Positions 17,027 to 26,501 of a stretch of 64,000 nt of DNA are shown here, one piece after another (the stretch's first letter is position 1; the number at the start of each line of letters is the position of its first letter). A model generated the notes under the pieces. That model was not told the DNA's origin. It did not search any database and saw only the letters and a list, made by a program, of their open reading frames with translations. This DNA is from Patescibacteria group bacterium. Lineage in GTDB: Bacteria > Patescibacteriota > Saccharimonadia > Saccharimonadales > UBA4665. Location of the stretch: NCBI GenBank assembly GCA_035510795.1, contig DATKGL010000028.1:12-64011 (forward strand). Reading direction: 5' to 3'. Made by a program: the position numbers and the translations under genes.

Positions 17027-18007
17027 TTAGGCGGCCGAAACTGTAGAAGCTTCAAGCTGAATTGACGGCCCCATAGATGTGGTTATATAGGCTGAACGGA
17101 TAAAGATACCCTTGATGGAGTTAGGGCGATTACTGTTTATGCTAGACAAGACTGCGTTTGCGTTTTCCAGCAATTTATCGGTACCAAAACTAACACGACC
17201 AATTCCAAGGTGAACAATGCCATTACTGTCGACTCGATACTCAACGCGACCCAGTTTCAGTTCAGTAACGGCCTTAATAAAATCATTGGTTACCGTCCCG
17301 CTTTTGGGGCTGGGCATTAAGCCGCGCGGCCCGAGAAGCTTAGCGAACTTCCCTAACCGCGGCATTAGAGCAGGTGGGGCAATTAGAACATCGAAGTCAA
17401 TCTGGTTCTTCTCTAATTTAGCAATTATCGTTTCCACACCAACTACTTCCGCGCCGGCCTTCTTCAGCTCATTCTCATCAGCAGTCTCAGCAAAGACTGC
17501 TATACGAACATGTTTACCTGTTCCTGACGGGAGTGTTATGGTATCACGTATATTTTGATCAGCCTGACGCGAATCCACTCTCAGCCTAATATGCAGCTCG
17601 ACTGTAGCATCAAATTTCGCCGGGTTGGTCTTAGTAGCTAAATCAACGGCTTCCTTCAGCGGATATATCTTTTTTTTATCGATCATTTTTACCATGTCGC
17701 GGTATTTTTTCCCTTTTCTCTCGACATGAGTCCGGGCCGGCTTAACCGTCTTCTTCTCCGGTACTGTTTCATCAGCAACAGCTTTTTTGGCTTCCTTTTC
17801 TTTTTTAGCGGCCACTTCTTTAAGTGACTTGGCGCTGCGCTTACCGGCTTTGGCTAATACTTCAGGCGCTAGTGCCGGTTCTTCGCTCGCAGCAGCTTCA
17901 GGTAGAATATCTTCGGTCTGTTCCTCTGCAATGTCAGCTTTAACGGGTTTAGGAACCGGGGTAACCTTGGCGGTTTTCTTTTTGAGTGGTTTGGCCTTAT
18001 CAGGCAT
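17027..18007 (-). CDS. rplA: 50S ribosomal protein L1 with ~96-aa Lys/Ala/Glu/Pro-rich N-terminal extension
   Basis: The L1 core runs from GKKYRDMVKMIDKKKIYPLKEAVDL through ...GPRGLMPSPKSGTVT. The start is set at ATG 18007 (AAAGGAA RBS), and the extension is in frame with no stop. Confidence 0.9.
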   Translation of the reverse strand: MPDKAKPLKKKTAKVTPVPKPVKADIAEEQTEDILPEAAASEEPALAPEVLAKAGKRSAKSLKEVAAKKEKEAKKAVADETVPEKKTVKPARTHVERKGKKYRDMVKMIDKKKIYPLKEAVDLATKTNPAKFDATVELHIRLRVDSRQADQNIRDTITLPSGTGKHVRIAVFAETADENELKKAGAEVVGVETIIAKLEKNQIDFDVLIAPPALMPRLGKFAKLLGPRGLMPSPKSGTVTNDFIKAVTELKLGRVEYRVDSNGIVHLGIGRVSFGTDKLLENANAVLSSINSNRPNSIKGIFIRSAYITTSMGPSIQLEASTVSAA

Positions 18008-18065
18008 AATATTCCTTTCGTGGTAAAAGCGGTTAGTCATAACCTCCCACAATAATTAATTTACT

Positions 18066-18494
18066 TTATGGTTCGATTTCGACGCCCATACTGCGGGCTG
18101 TGCCGGCAACCATACGTTTAACGGATTCGATATCATCTGAATTCATATCTTTGGCTTTTGTGGTTGCGATGTCGATTAGCTGTGTTTGCGAAAGTTTTTT
18201 ATCGATTTTTTCGCTATTAGGGCGGCCTGAGCCTTTATCAATTTTAAGAGTCTCACGAATCAACTCATCGGTGGGCATTCCGACAATCCGCCAAATCATA
18301 GTTCTGTCTTCGTAGATTGTAATGTGAACGGTAACTGGTTGCCCCATTCGATCTTTTGTCTGTTCGTTGAATGGGTTAATAAAGTTCATCATATTTACAC
18401 CATACTGCCCGAGCATACTGCCAACGGGTGGTGCAGCTGTCGCCTGACCGCCGCGGATCCGAATCTTTAAGTTTGCTTTAATTGCTTTTGCCAT
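18066..18494 (-). CDS. rplK: 50S ribosomal protein L11
   Basis: MAKAIKANLKIRIRGGQATAAPPVGSMLGQYGVNMMNF is a canonical L11 N-terminus. 142 aa, upstream of rplA. Confidence 0.96.
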   Translation of the reverse strand: MAKAIKANLKIRIRGGQATAAPPVGSMLGQYGVNMMNFINPFNEQTKDRMGQPVTVHITIYEDRTMIWRIVGMPTDELIRETLKIDKGSGRPNSEKIDKKLSQTQLIDIATTKAKDMNSDDIESVKRMVAGTARSMGVEIEP

Positions 18495-18536
18495 AATTAT
18501 GTATCCTGAAATTATATTTTTATAAACTCAGCACTG

Positions 18537-19079
18537 CTATACGCGCTTGACCTGCAAGCTGTCTAGTTCGACTGGAGTCTCGCGGCCGAACATATTAACT
18601 AACACTTTAAGCTTACCTTTGGCGGGGTCAATCTCATTGACACTGCCGTCAAAACCCTTAAACGGACCATCAGTAATATTCACAACTTCACCGATTTTAT
18701 AGTCGATCTTGTGCTTCGGTTCTTCCCTGCCCATACGTTTCATTATTTTTTCGATCTCGTCCTGCTCAACCGGAGTTGGCTCTGAGCCGCTGCCGACAAA
18801 ACCAGTTACGCTAGGAGTATTACGGACAATATACCAGGCGTCTTCACTCATTTTCATCTGCACCAGGACGTAGCCCTGAAAGATCCTTTTCTCGACAACC
18901 TTCCGCTTGCCGTTTTTTACCTCGATCATTTTCTCCTTGGGAACTAAGACTTGGAAGATTTTATCTTTCATGTCAAGACTGTCAGCCCGTTGCCTGATAC
19001 TTTCGGCAACTTTTTCCTCATAACCGCTATAAGTGTGGATAGCGTACCATTTTTTTGTAGTGTCGTAGCGTTTACTCAT
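18537..19079 (-). CDS. nusG: transcription termination/antitermination factor NusG
   Basis: The NGN domain WYAIHTYSGYEEKV and the KOW motif ITDGPFKGFDGSVNEID are present. 180 aa, between secE and rplK. Confidence 0.95.
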   Translation of the reverse strand: MSKRYDTTKKWYAIHTYSGYEEKVAESIRQRADSLDMKDKIFQVLVPKEKMIEVKNGKRKVVEKRIFQGYVLVQMKMSEDAWYIVRNTPSVTGFVGSGSEPTPVEQDEIEKIMKRMGREEPKHKIDYKIGEVVNITDGPFKGFDGSVNEIDPAKGKLKVLVNMFGRETPVELDSLQVKRV

Positions 19080-19459
19080 TCTTTTAAAAATACCTTCTTA
19101 AATATCTTATCGAACCCACTATCAACTATAGTTACCATAAACGCAAAGACGCAGGCGAAGACAAGAACCGCAAAAGTTAATTGGCGGGACTGTTTACGGG
19201 TTGGCCAGGTAACTTTACCCAGCTCCGTAAACGAATCTCGTAAATAACGCGGCACTAAATGCCGGTATAGCCAGCCGACAGGCCTAACAAAAGGGCGAAA
19301 AACAGGCCCAAGTATCTTGCGCAGAAACTTAAACGGCTGGAACTTTTTCTTTTTCGGAGAAGCATGCTCCTGTTTAATGCGCTCAGATTGCTGCCTTATG
19401 GTCTCACTTGCTGGGCGCACTCGTCTTTTCCGATTATTTCTGTCTTGGCCGTTGTCCAT
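19076..19459 (-). CDS. secE: preprotein translocase subunit SecE (with basic N-terminal extension)
   Basis: The C-terminus ELGKVTWPTRKQSRQLTFAVLVFACVFAFMVTIVDSGF is the conserved SecE TM segment. The start is set at ATG 19459 with a GAGGAG RBS, because the track start at 19513 would run through the leader hairpin. Confidence 0.85.
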   Translation of the reverse strand: MDNGQDRNNRKRRVRPASETIRQQSERIKQEHASPKKKKFQPFKFLRKILGPVFRPFVRPVGWLYRHLVPRYLRDSFTELGKVTWPTRKQSRQLTFAVLVFACVFAFMVTIVDSGFDKIFKKVFLKE

Positions 19460-19470
19460 CGCGAACTCCT

Positions 19471-19500
19471 CAAAAATAAATAAACCTACATAAATGTAGG
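19471..19500 (-). promoter_or_regulatory. terminator-like hairpin plus U-tract in the secE leader
   Basis: The minus-strand RNA reads CCUACA-UUUA-UGUAGG followed by UUUAUUUAUUUUUG, then the GAGGAG RBS. The stem is only 6 bp and AU-poor, so this is a weak call. Confidence 0.3.
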
Positions 19501-19579
19501 TCACTATTGTCAAGACTACACCAGATTGAAGACGTGGTCAAGTAGTATTTAATCGACACAATAGTTTATAGTTTAGATC

Positions 19580-21085
19580 ATGCTCAAGCTGGCAATTATT
19601 ACTGGCGCTTTAAGTGTTCTGTTCGATGCCTTTGTCTATCTTCCGCCTCTGTCTAATAAATTTAAGAATTTAATAGCCTTAGTGGCAGCCGCAGATATCC
19701 TAATCTTCAGCGGCGCGTCGCTGGCAGCCAGTATCAATGGTCTGACTATCGTCTTGGACCTAATCAATCTTTACCGGATATTCAATTATGCCCGGCTGAT
19801 AAGGGCTCGCATGCATAAACAGTATTTGCTGCGCACCGCTCAGCGGACAGCAATCCTGCTGATAGTATTTCAAGCGGTGATAATTCTTCTCAAAATTGGC
19901 CTGTCAACTTTCACTAAGGTCGGCCTTAGCGATATGATCAAAGTTTGCATTATCGTTGATTTTGTTCTGGCCGCTATGTTGCTACTAGTAACCCTTAGAA
20001 ATATTCGCAAAACCGAGGCTCTGCCATTTGGGCAGACTATAGATTACGAACGCGTACCGACTGTCAGTGTTTGCATACCAGCTCGAAACGAGACCGATGA
20101 TCTAGAGGCGTGTTTAAGATCGTTGCTTTCCAATAACTATCCTAAACTCGAGATCCTGGTCCTGGATGACTGCTCGCAGGATCGGCATACTGCCGAAGTC
20201 ATAAGATCATTCGCTCATGCCGGAGTAAGATTTTTACAAGGAGAGCCAGCGCCTAAGGAACACTGGCTGGCAAAAAATTGGGCTTACGAACAGCTGCTCA
20301 AGGAAGCTAGCGGCGAATATATAGTATTTTGCGGGGTCGACGTCCGCTTCGAGCCCAAAAGTCTGGTCAGTATCGTTTCAACAATCATGCGCAAGAAAAA
20401 ATCAATGATGAGCATCGTCCCGGAGTATTTTGATGATAGGGGTAAGATACGCTTAATCCAGCCGATGCGTTATTTCTGGGAAATAGCTCCGCCGCGCCGG
20501 ATTTTCCGGCGGCCGCCCGTGCTCAGCTCCTGCTGGATTATTAATTCTGCAAGGATGCACGAACTAGGTGGGTTTTCGTCTGTGACCCGATCTATAGTAC
20601 CTGAAGCATTCTTTGCTCATAGCTTCATCGCCAACAACGGCTACAGTTTTGTCCGCAGCAGCGGAGTTCTCGGTATCACTTCATTCAAAGTAGTCAGCGA
20701 GCAATGGGATACTGCGGTCAGGGTCCGCTACCCTCAGCTTCACCGCCATCCGGAATGGGTTATGTTAGTCACCCTATTCGAGACAACCGTATTACTAGTT
20801 CCGTTTGCATACGTCCTGTTCGGCTGGCTGGCCGGTGTTGACTATATCTGGGCTCTCGCCATGGCGACGGTAATTCTACTCTGGATAAGCTACGGCTGGA
20901 CAATTAAAAATACTTTTTATAAAAACTCACTTGTTTCGGCACTGGCGCTGCCGGCGGCTTTAATTTTGGATACTTTCCTGGCTAATTATTCAATGTACAG
21001 ATATGAATTTTCAGATATTGAGTGGAAAGAGCGAAATGTTTGTATACCTGTCATGCACGTGACGCCGAGCCTGCCGCCTAATTAG
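19580..21085 (+). CDS. membrane-embedded family 2 glycosyltransferase (CrtQ/HpnI-like lipid glycosyltransferase type)
   Basis: About 4 N-terminal TM segments are followed by the GT2 core VSVCIPARNE...LEILVLDDCSQD...LAKNWAYEQ...GEYIVFCGVDV and then C-terminal TM segments. Confidence 0.75.
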   Translation: MLKLAIITGALSVLFDAFVYLPPLSNKFKNLIALVAAADILIFSGASLAASINGLTIVLDLINLYRIFNYARLIRARMHKQYLLRTAQRTAILLIVFQAVIILLKIGLSTFTKVGLSDMIKVCIIVDFVLAAMLLLVTLRNIRKTEALPFGQTIDYERVPTVSVCIPARNETDDLEACLRSLLSNNYPKLEILVLDDCSQDRHTAEVIRSFAHAGVRFLQGEPAPKEHWLAKNWAYEQLLKEASGEYIVFCGVDVRFEPKSLVSIVSTIMRKKKSMMSIVPEYFDDRGKIRLIQPMRYFWEIAPPRRIFRRPPVLSSCWIINSARMHELGGFSSVTRSIVPEAFFAHSFIANNGYSFVRSSGVLGITSFKVVSEQWDTAVRVRYPQLHRHPEWVMLVTLFETTVLLVPFAYVLFGWLAGVDYIWALAMATVILLWISYGWTIKNTFYKNSLVSALALPAALILDTFLANYSMYRYEFSDIEWKERNVCIPVMHVTPSLPPN

Positions 21086-22215
21086 CTCTGTAATTTCTTG
21101 ATGTTCGGAATAGATATCTTAAAGGTTGATCCTTTGTTGAGTTCGCTGTCGAGGGTTATCTTAGCATTGATTAGATCAGCAAGTTTTTTTGTGACATAAA
21201 GCCCCAGACCGGTTCCTTTCGTTTCTCTGGTTCGGTAATCTTCAGACCGGTAAAACTTTTGAAAGATTTTGTCCTGATCGCTTTTGCTTATGCCAATACC
21301 CGTATCGCTGACCTGAAATTCGATGCCGTCCTTAATCTGTTTGGCGCAAATAGTAATTTGACCCTTGGACGTATATTTAAGGGCGTTAGTAATAAAATTC
21401 TGTAAAATTTCTTTAACGTACAGTTCGCTGCTATAAAGAACTTCGAGATGAGGGTCAATATCGGTGTTCAGCTGTAGTCCTTTAGCTTTGACTTCGGGTT
21501 CATAACTTTTCACCAACCCATCGATTATGTCATGGGCATTAATAGCCGTAACGTCAACAATTAAGCGTCCCCGCTCGGCTCTTGAGAGGGTAGCTAAATC
21601 ATTAATCAGTTCAGACAAGAAGATTAACTGGACATGAGCTTGCTTTAATGCCTCCTTGAGATCCGAGATATCGCCAGTTTTATCGAGTATAAACTCAACG
21701 TTGCTGACACTGCCTTCGGCGATCGTCACTGGCGTCCTAAGTTCGTGGCTGACAACACTAATGAATTCGTCTTTTTCTTCTTCGAGGGATTTTTCTTTTG
21801 TTATATCCCTGAGCACTAAGACATAGCCTCTCTGCCCGGCCTGGCCATAGCCGAGGTGTACCGGGGCGATGCTGAGATATAAATTTGCTTCACTGCTGTC
21901 GTTGTAGTGGAGCAAGTAATCGCGCGACGATACGGGTGTTTTCGCAGAATCAATTAGTTTTTGCAGGTCAATCTCGACTTTGGCTTTATCGTAGATTTTC
22001 ACAACGTCAACCAGCGGCTGGTTCTGGATATCGGTGTTCAGGTCGAGTAAGTTCAGGGCTGAAGCGTTGTAAAGTGCGACCCTGGAGTGTTCGTCAACCG
22101 CTATCACCCCATCTGCCATGCTGTTTATGAGACTTAACAGGCGTCTATGTTCGAGCAGATTGTTTCTTGTCGCAAATCCTTTTAGATGGACCATACTCCA
22201 TACATTATGCCACAA
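21082..22215 (-). CDS. soluble PAS-domain sensor histidine kinase (no transmembrane segment)
   Basis: A PAS-like N-terminus (SMADGVIAVDEHSRVALYN...), the HisKA H-box FISVVSHELRTPVT, and the HATPase N/G boxes (NALKYT, DTGIGI, GTGLGL) are present. An alternative start at 22194 avoids the overlap with the upstream gene. Confidence 0.88.
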   Translation of the reverse strand: MWHNVWSMVHLKGFATRNNLLEHRRLLSLINSMADGVIAVDEHSRVALYNASALNLLDLNTDIQNQPLVDVVKIYDKAKVEIDLQKLIDSAKTPVSSRDYLLHYNDSSEANLYLSIAPVHLGYGQAGQRGYVLVLRDITKEKSLEEEKDEFISVVSHELRTPVTIAEGSVSNVEFILDKTGDISDLKEALKQAHVQLIFLSELINDLATLSRAERGRLIVDVTAINAHDIIDGLVKSYEPEVKAKGLQLNTDIDPHLEVLYSSELYVKEILQNFITNALKYTSKGQITICAKQIKDGIEFQVSDTGIGISKSDQDKIFQKFYRSEDYRTRETKGTGLGLYVTKKLADLINAKITLDSELNKGSTFKISIPNIKKLQS

Positions 22216-22936
22216 GCTTTTTGGTTGGTCCTATCGGATTTAATACCGGACGATACGGTTTCAGCAGCCGCCTCATTGTCTTGGGATCGCTGACATGTTT
22301 TGACAATTCAACCCAGAATTTTTGATCATGACTCATGACAACCGTGTGGACTAACTCATGCAAGATTACATAATCTATCAGCTCCCAGGGTAATTGAATT
22401 AGATACAGATTTAAATTAATTATCCCAGACCTTGAGCAGCTGCCCCAGCGGCTTTTCAGAGCTTTATAGCGAAGCTGTTTATAGTGATAACCGTTTGCAG
22501 CCGCCAGCTCTGCAACGCGCTTTGTCAACAGCTCTTTTGACTCCTGTTTCAGTGCCTCGACAGAGGCCAAGTTAGCCTTTTTCTGAACGGATGGCTCGGA
22601 AACATTCAGATGATCGGGCAAAGTAACCCTAACTTCAATGCGGCTGACGGAATAAGTAACTGCGGCTATGCTTGGTTTTCTTTCAAAAACCAGTGTATGA
22701 AATTTACCTATTTTTTGGCCGCTAATTAACGGCGGTCTTTTCGTCGGAAGATTACTGCTAATCCATGCCTGTTTTGATTTTGCAAAATTTATTCCGGCCG
22801 GATAGGGTAACCAATAGGGCTGAGTGACCCTAACGTTGCCATCGTTTGTTATACTCAGCCGCAAGGATTTGTTATTGCGCCTTTTTTGGACAACTACATT
22901 ACCTATGCCGTCTATTAAGAAGCTCTTCTGTGGCAT
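22205..22936 (-). CDS. YgjP-like M48/DUF45 family metal-dependent hydrolase
   Basis: The C-terminal HELVHTVVMSH (HExxH) motif follows ...RWGSCS...INLN..L, the typical DUF45/YgjP arrangement. 243 aa. Confidence 0.75.
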   Translation of the reverse strand: MPQKSFLIDGIGNVVVQKRRNNKSLRLSITNDGNVRVTQPYWLPYPAGINFAKSKQAWISSNLPTKRPPLISGQKIGKFHTLVFERKPSIAAVTYSVSRIEVRVTLPDHLNVSEPSVQKKANLASVEALKQESKELLTKRVAELAAANGYHYKQLRYKALKSRWGSCSRSGIINLNLYLIQLPWELIDYVILHELVHTVVMSHDQKFWVELSKHVSDPKTMRRLLKPYRPVLNPIGPTKKLVA

Positions 22937-22948
22937 ATTGGCGATGAA

Positions 22949-23611
22949 TTATCGTATTAAGATATTGCGTCGGCTGAAATCGACACGCCCATGAGACGGG
23001 CTCGGGACTAAATTTACTAATTCGGGCATGGTAACTTTATCACTGGCATCATCCGAATTTATCATTCCGGTTTCACGAAGCTTTTTCATAAATCCGCTTA
23101 GTTGAGCCTTGAACGGGTGTTTACCGCTAATAACTACGTTGCTTTCTTCGCGCTGCGGGTTCTGCATGTTGTTGACCAGATTATCGAAAGTAGTCCGGTC
23201 GAGAGTCATGGCGTATTTATCATCACTACGACGGCGATCCCTACGAGCAACCCGGGTAAAGCTTGACTCGATATCAATTTGCACCCAAACCAATAATGGC
23301 TCCGCACCGGCCCGGCGAGCTATCTCTCTAAGCTGCCGGCGCTGAGCCTGTCTTATGGCGTTTACGTCATAAATAACAGAGATACCGGCATTTAAAAACT
23401 CCTCGGTCATATAGTCCATCAAGTGCGTAACGATACTGTTTTCTGGTTTATCATAACGGGGTTCTTCAAATAGCTCATGCCTGATCCTATCGCTTTGGAC
23501 GTGCGCTGCCTGAAGATGATCGGTTAGCTGTCTGGAGAAATAAGTCTTACCTGAACCAGGATAACCATAAAGCATTATAAATATCGGCTTGATAGATGCG
23601 ATTTTAGTCAT
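22949..23611 (-). CDS. P-loop kinase-like ATPase (AAA_33 / zeta-toxin / polynucleotide-kinase-like fold)
   Basis: Walker A MLYGYPGSGKTYFSRQL lies near the N-terminus, followed by a short Rossmann-like body and an Arg-rich lid (RVARRDRRRSDDKY). The substrate is unknown. Confidence 0.6.
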   Translation of the reverse strand: MTKIASIKPIFIMLYGYPGSGKTYFSRQLTDHLQAAHVQSDRIRHELFEEPRYDKPENSIVTHLMDYMTEEFLNAGISVIYDVNAIRQAQRRQLREIARRAGAEPLLVWVQIDIESSFTRVARRDRRRSDDKYAMTLDRTTFDNLVNNMQNPQREESNVVISGKHPFKAQLSGFMKKLRETGMINSDDASDKVTMPELVNLVPSPSHGRVDFSRRNILIR

Positions 23612-23741
23612 AATGTTATGTTAATATACCAGATTTTACTCCTCAGCGCAAAGTTTACAACCTAAAATTGAGATGACAGAGTTGATGATTTGACTTATGA
23701 TTATCAGGTATTGGACTTGCTAGTATTAGAAGCAAATTCAT

Positions 23742-23817
23742 AGGGGAGTAGCTCAGTTGGTAGAGCATCGGTCTCCAAAACCGAGGGTCGCAGGTTCAAG
23801 TCCTGTCTCCCCTGCCA
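23742..23817 (+). tRNA. tRNA-Trp (anticodon CCA), CCA encoded
   Basis: AGGGGAGTAGCTCAGTTGGTAGAGCATCGGTCTCCAAAACCGAGGGTCGCAGGTTCAAGTCCTGTCTCCCCTGCCA. The anticodon loop is CTCCAAA, and all four arms pair. Confidence 0.92.
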
Positions 23818-23860
23818 CGAAGATTTTATCAGATTAGCACGTTACAATTACAGATAAACC

Positions 23861-23875
23861 CCCGCATATTGCGGG
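23861..23875 (+). terminator. small GC hairpin downstream of tRNA-Trp
   Basis: cccgca-tat-tgcggg is followed by attatt. The stem is short with a 3-nt loop and a poor U-tract, so confidence is low. Confidence 0.2.
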
Positions 23876-24025
23876 ATTATTAGCTTAATAAATGGCGTAT
23901 TTGAGGGTATATTTAATCAGATCATGTCGAATAAACCCTTAAAGCTTCTTCCAGTCCCTATTCACCTCTTTAATTAAGTCCAATTCCAAGAATCATACAA
24001 AATAAGTCAAAATCAGATAAAAAGG

Positions 24026-24055
24026 TTGTGTTTAGGCGCTTCAAACATTTATAAT
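24026..24055 (+). promoter_or_regulatory. candidate promoter of the alpha-glucan operon
   Basis: TTGTGT (24026-24031) -N18- TATAAT (24050-24055), about 35 nt upstream of the ATG at 24090. Confidence 0.35.
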
Positions 24056-24089
24056 AACTCATATACAAAAATAGAAGTTCCGGAAAAGA

Positions 24090-25292
24090 ATGAAAATATT
24101 AATGTTAGGCTGGGAGCTGCCTCCCCACAACAGTGGTGGGCTTGGTGTGGCATGCTATCAGTTATGCAAAGCTCTGGCTAAGCGAAATATCGATATTGAT
24201 TTCGTTCTTCCCTACAGCCCGAGTACTAAGCCTGATTTTATGAATATTGTTGGCACCTCGCCAATGGACGGTAAATTAGCATTGTCTATCGGTTCGGCCT
24301 ATGACAGCCGTAATTATTTCGGAGCCAATACGCACGATTTCGGGAGTCTTTTTGAGCAACAAATGACTTACGAAGACAAGGTTCTTAAATTAATCGAGCT
24401 CGGTAACTATGATGTCATTCATGCCCATGATTGGCTGACTTTCAGGGCAGCATTAAAAGCCAAACAGCAAAAGAATATACCACTTATAGCTCACGTCCAT
24501 TCAATAGAATCCGACAGAGCCGGCGGTAATTATGGCAATCCCTTAGTCCGAGAAATCGAGGAGCTAACTTTTCATTTAGCCGATTGCGTGGTCGCTGTCA
24601 GCCAGAAAACAAAAGATGCAATTTGCCATGATTATGGCATTCCACCAGACAAAGTAAAAGTCATCCACAACAGCTTGGACCACGAAGAACTTGACTGCCT
24701 AGATGATACCAATATATATACCTACCTAGACCTCTTAAAGAAGAAAGGCCATAAAATCGTTGTCAGCGTCGGCCGACTGACCATCCAAAAAGGTCTTACT
24801 AATCTTATTTCAGCAATGCCGACTGTGATCGAAAAATGCCCCGGAACAATACTGCTAATCGTCGGCAGCGGCGAACAATATAACGATCTAATCAAAGTTG
24901 CCGCCGATTGCGGTGTTCTGAAAAACGTTATCTTTACCGGATTCCAACGCGGCAAAAGTTGGCGCGACGCCTTCGGTATCGGAGATGTTTTTGTAATGCC
25001 ATCGGTATCCGAGCCTTTTGGTTTAACACCGCTTGAAGCAGCCAACTATAATCTGCCTTCAGTGATCAGCCGCCAATCCGGTGTAACTGAAGTATTTCAA
25101 AACTGCCTTAAGGTTGATTTTTGGGACGTCAAAGAAATGGCCAATAAAATATTGGGGATTATTACAAATCCGTCCGTAAAAGATGAAATGGCGAAAAACG
25201 CTATGGCAGAACTGGGTTCAATCAACTGGGATAAGTCGGCCCAGAAAATATGTGAACTATACGACAGCAAAGGCACCTTGGTAACGGCATGA
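24090..25292 (+). CDS. glycogen/alpha-glucan synthase-like glycosyltransferase (GT-B, GT4/GT5 type)
   Basis: MKILMLGWELPPHNSGGLGVACYQL matches the N-terminus of glycogen/starch-synthase-type enzymes. The C-terminus has the E-x7-E region SVSEPFGLTPLEAA. 400 aa. Confidence 0.75.
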   Translation: MKILMLGWELPPHNSGGLGVACYQLCKALAKRNIDIDFVLPYSPSTKPDFMNIVGTSPMDGKLALSIGSAYDSRNYFGANTHDFGSLFEQQMTYEDKVLKLIELGNYDVIHAHDWLTFRAALKAKQQKNIPLIAHVHSIESDRAGGNYGNPLVREIEELTFHLADCVVAVSQKTKDAICHDYGIPPDKVKVIHNSLDHEELDCLDDTNIYTYLDLLKKKGHKIVVSVGRLTIQKGLTNLISAMPTVIEKCPGTILLIVGSGEQYNDLIKVAADCGVLKNVIFTGFQRGKSWRDAFGIGDVFVMPSVSEPFGLTPLEAANYNLPSVISRQSGVTEVFQNCLKVDFWDVKEMANKILGIITNPSVKDEMAKNAMAELGSINWDKSAQKICELYDSKGTLVTA

Positions 25293-26500
25293 AACAAGCC
25301 ATAGTTCTTTATCTGCATGTCCACCAACCTTATCGGGTTCAGCATTACAGCGTCTTTGATATCGGTAATAACCATAACTATTTTGAGAATAATTCCGATG
25401 ATTCGAATTTGAATAATCAGAAAATGATCAGAAAAGTGGCTGAAAAGTCTTACCTCCCGACGAACCGGATACTGCTTGAACTATTACAAAAATATCCGGA
25501 ATTTAAATTAAGTCTTTCGATGTCAGGTGTTGTGATTGAGCAGTTAGAAAAATGGGCTCCGGACGCACTTGATTTGTTCAAACAGCTCTGTGATACCGGG
25601 CGCGTCGAAATAGTCGGCGAGACATACCACCATACCTTGGCCTATTTCTACTCAAAATCTGAGTTTGAAATTCAGGTCGGTATGCATAAAGAAAAAATTC
25701 GGCAGGTTTTTAACCAACAACCATCCGTGTTCAGAAACACCGAGCTGGCCTATAACAATGAGCTGGCCCAATGGGCAGATCAAGCCGGCTATAAAGGCAT
25801 TCTAGCTGAGGGATGGGACAAAGTGCTGGGTTGGCGAAACTCTAACTTCGTTTATCGGCCAGTTAACACTGAACATATCCGCTTACTGTTGAAAAATTAT
25901 CACCTAAGCGACGACATCGCCTTTAGGTTTGATGATCACGACTGGAGCGAGTGGCCGATGACTGCCGGCAAATTTGTTCACTGGCTCGATAGTTCCGGCG
26001 ACGCAACAAACTTTAATTTGTTCATGGATTATGAGACTTTCGGTGAGCATCAGTGGGAGCATTCCGGAATTTTCGAATTCTTAAAAGATTTACCAGAGAA
26101 ATGGCTCAAGCATCCAGACCACACCTTCATGACCGTCAGCGATACTATCGACAACTTCGAGCCAAAAGATCAGGTTGACGTCCCAGAAACATTAACCTGG
26201 GCCGATACCGAACGAGATTTGTCGGCTTGGCTAGGCAACACCATGCAGCAACGAGCTATTGTCGCTCTTTATGAGCTCGAAAATAAAATTATTGATACCG
26301 GCGACCTGGCTCTGATCGACGACTGGCGCCGTCTCCAAACCTCAGACCACTTCTACTATATGTGCACCAAATGGTTTAACGATGGCGACATACATGCCTA
26401 CTTCAGTCCTTATGAGTCGCCCTATGAGGCGGTCATTAACTACATGAACGTTTGGCATGACCTTAAAGCCAGGCTGATCGACAAGGGAGTTCCTGTTTAA
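25289..26500 (+). CDS. glycoside hydrolase family 57 protein (alpha-amylase / alpha-glucan-processing)
   Basis: The N-terminus VLYLHVHQPYRV and ...FMDYETFGEHQWE... are GH57-type conserved regions. Its ATGA start overlaps the upstream gene. Confidence 0.75.
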   Translation: MKQAIVLYLHVHQPYRVQHYSVFDIGNNHNYFENNSDDSNLNNQKMIRKVAEKSYLPTNRILLELLQKYPEFKLSLSMSGVVIEQLEKWAPDALDLFKQLCDTGRVEIVGETYHHTLAYFYSKSEFEIQVGMHKEKIRQVFNQQPSVFRNTELAYNNELAQWADQAGYKGILAEGWDKVLGWRNSNFVYRPVNTEHIRLLLKNYHLSDDIAFRFDDHDWSEWPMTAGKFVHWLDSSGDATNFNLFMDYETFGEHQWEHSGIFEFLKDLPEKWLKHPDHTFMTVSDTIDNFEPKDQVDVPETLTWADTERDLSAWLGNTMQQRAIVALYELENKIIDTGDLALIDDWRRLQTSDHFYYMCTKWFNDGDIHAYFSPYESPYEAVINYMNVWHDLKARLIDKGVPV

Positions 26501-26501
26501 G

